NCBI GenBank assembly: GCA_030264375.1
Contig: JASCQW010000119.1
Span: 6,553,271-6,617,241, forward strand
Length of the DNA stretch: 63,971 nt
Direction: 5' to 3'
Source of the DNA: Carcharhinus longimanus
Lineage: Eukaryota
The position numbers were made by a program, and so were the translations under genes. Shown piece by piece: positions 62,478 to 63,971 of the stretch; positions within the stretch are counted from its first letter, which is position 1; the number at the start of each line of letters is the position of its first letter. Under the pieces are notes generated by a model. It did not search any database and was not told where the DNA came from. It was given only the letters and a program-made list of their open reading frames with translations.

Positions 62478-63312
62478 CAATGTAAGAAGTCTTACAACAT
62501 CAAGTTAAAGTCATACAGGTTTATTTGGTAGCAAACGCCACTAGGTTTTGGAGCGCTGCTCCTTCATCAGGTGAGTGGGGATTTCTGATCACAAAGAGAA
62601 CACATGAAGATATACACTCAGTTTACAGAATACTGATTGGAATGCGAGCCTTTACAGTAATCAAGTCTTAAAGGTGCAGATAATGTGAGTGGAGATAACA
62701 TTAAGCAGAAGTTAAAGAGATGTGTATTGTCTCCAGACAGGACAGTAAGTGAGATGTTGCAAGCCCAGGGAAGTCACGGGGGTTACAAATAGTGTGACAT
62801 GAACACAAGATCCCGTTTGAGGCTTTCCTCTTGTGAGCGGAACTTGCCTATCTACGCTGTCTATGTCGTGAAGGCCGTCTTGGAAACGCCTACCCGAAGA
62901 TTAGAGGCCGAATGTCCATAACCGCTGAAGTGTTCGCCAACAGGAAAAGAGCAGTCTTGCCTGTGATTGTCGAGCGGTGTTCATTTATCCATTATCGTAG
63001 CGTCTGCATGGTCTCCTCGATGTACCATGCCTCGGGACATTCTTTCCAGTAGACCAGTTCCGCTCGCATTGTCACCACCTTTAAGACTTGATTAGCTGTA
63101 AGGACTCGCATTCCAATCAGTATTCTATAAATTGACTGTGTCCATTTATATGCCCTGCTTGTGATCAGAACTCCTCACTTACCTGACGAAGGGCCAGCGC
63201 TCCGAAGGCTAGTGGTATTTGCTTCCAAATAAACCTGTTGGACTTTAACCTGGTGATGTGAGACATCTTACTGTGTTTACCCCCAGTCCAACACCGGCAT
63301 TTCCACATCATG
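62478..63312. mobile_element. Penelope-like element: GIY-YIG C-terminal fragment flanked by inverted pLTR copies
   Basis: Reverse strand CPEAWYIEETMQTLR*WINEHRSTI...FPVGEHFSGYGHSASNLRV...RDLVFMSHYL*; inverted arms about 62480-62695 / 63058-63275, each with a degenerate hammerhead motif. Confidence 0.85.
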
Positions 63313-63971
63313 ACCTCCAGAAAAAATTACAAATGGCCTTTGAATACACACCGAGATATAAGATTGGATAGATTGGACTCTATCGATCAGGGTGAATAAG
63401 CCTTGATCAACTGATTGGGACCAATCAAGAGGCACCTAAATGGATGTGAAATCATTGAGAGGTGAACGGTGATGCATGATGGAGGGTCACTTTCTTTTTT
63501 TCTGCCTCTCTCACAAACTACAACAGTGGTGACCATCACCGGCAACTATCGCGACGAGGAGAGCAGCCATAGCAGCGACAGAAGAAAGACCAGAGCCGGA
63601 GTATCAGATCAGACCAAGGAATCAGACTACACCGAAGACTATGGTGACCAACAGGCACGTCCCTTAACTGCCTGGGTAATTGTCAGTCACGTAAAAGTTG
63701 TCATGTTCTAGTACTGAACATTAAATTTAGTATTTTGTGAATAATTTATATTGATTGTTCGGGTGATTAATACCAATCGTTTGTGAGTAAATAATACTGT
63801 ACATAATGAAGTCGACTCCCACTTCATTACCATCATGTAAGTGTTAAAAACGGACCGTGCAGCAGACACAACACAACTGATCACACTTTTGAAAACAAAA
63901 ATCTACTGCATTTGTTCGGCATGTCTTCCGTCTGAAAACGTCATGCTGAGTGTATCATATTAGCCCATGCG

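Noticed and set aside
211-63711. ORF-track entries as standalone genes
   Set aside because: They are short, many run through N gaps, and they are transposon fragments, antisense readings or low-complexity sequence. None is an intact gene.
63320-63805. Possible solo LTR
   Set aside because: No second copy, TSD, PBS or clear TG..CA ends could be established.

Overview
Eukaryotic, AT-rich, repeat-dense sequence with several N gaps. It is most likely from a shark or other cartilaginous fish, inferred from HE1-like tRNA/V-SINEs, CR1 LINEs and Penelope elements. None of the ORF-track entries is an intact gene. The main signal is invisible to the ORF track: a minus-strand gene spanning almost the whole window (60142 down to 40), built from 21 micro-exons that alternate between 36 nt (type A, 11 copies) and 27 nt (type B, 10 copies). 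All exons are symmetric phase 1-1, and 20 of 21 have canonical AG/GT boundaries. Spliced in order they give 666 nt (about 222 aa) with no stop codon. The product is a 21-aa (three-heptad) coiled-coil repeat such as [21 protein letters not shown]. The 5' and 3' ends of the gene were not found in the window, so its family is not identified. The introns hold CR1/L2 fragments, SINEs, MITEs, a decayed two-gene PIF/Harbinger transposon, Penelope-derived palindromes carrying hammerhead-ribozyme motifs, a Gypsy gag relic and micro/minisatellites. Repeat boundaries are approximate. Exon boundaries were counted by hand.
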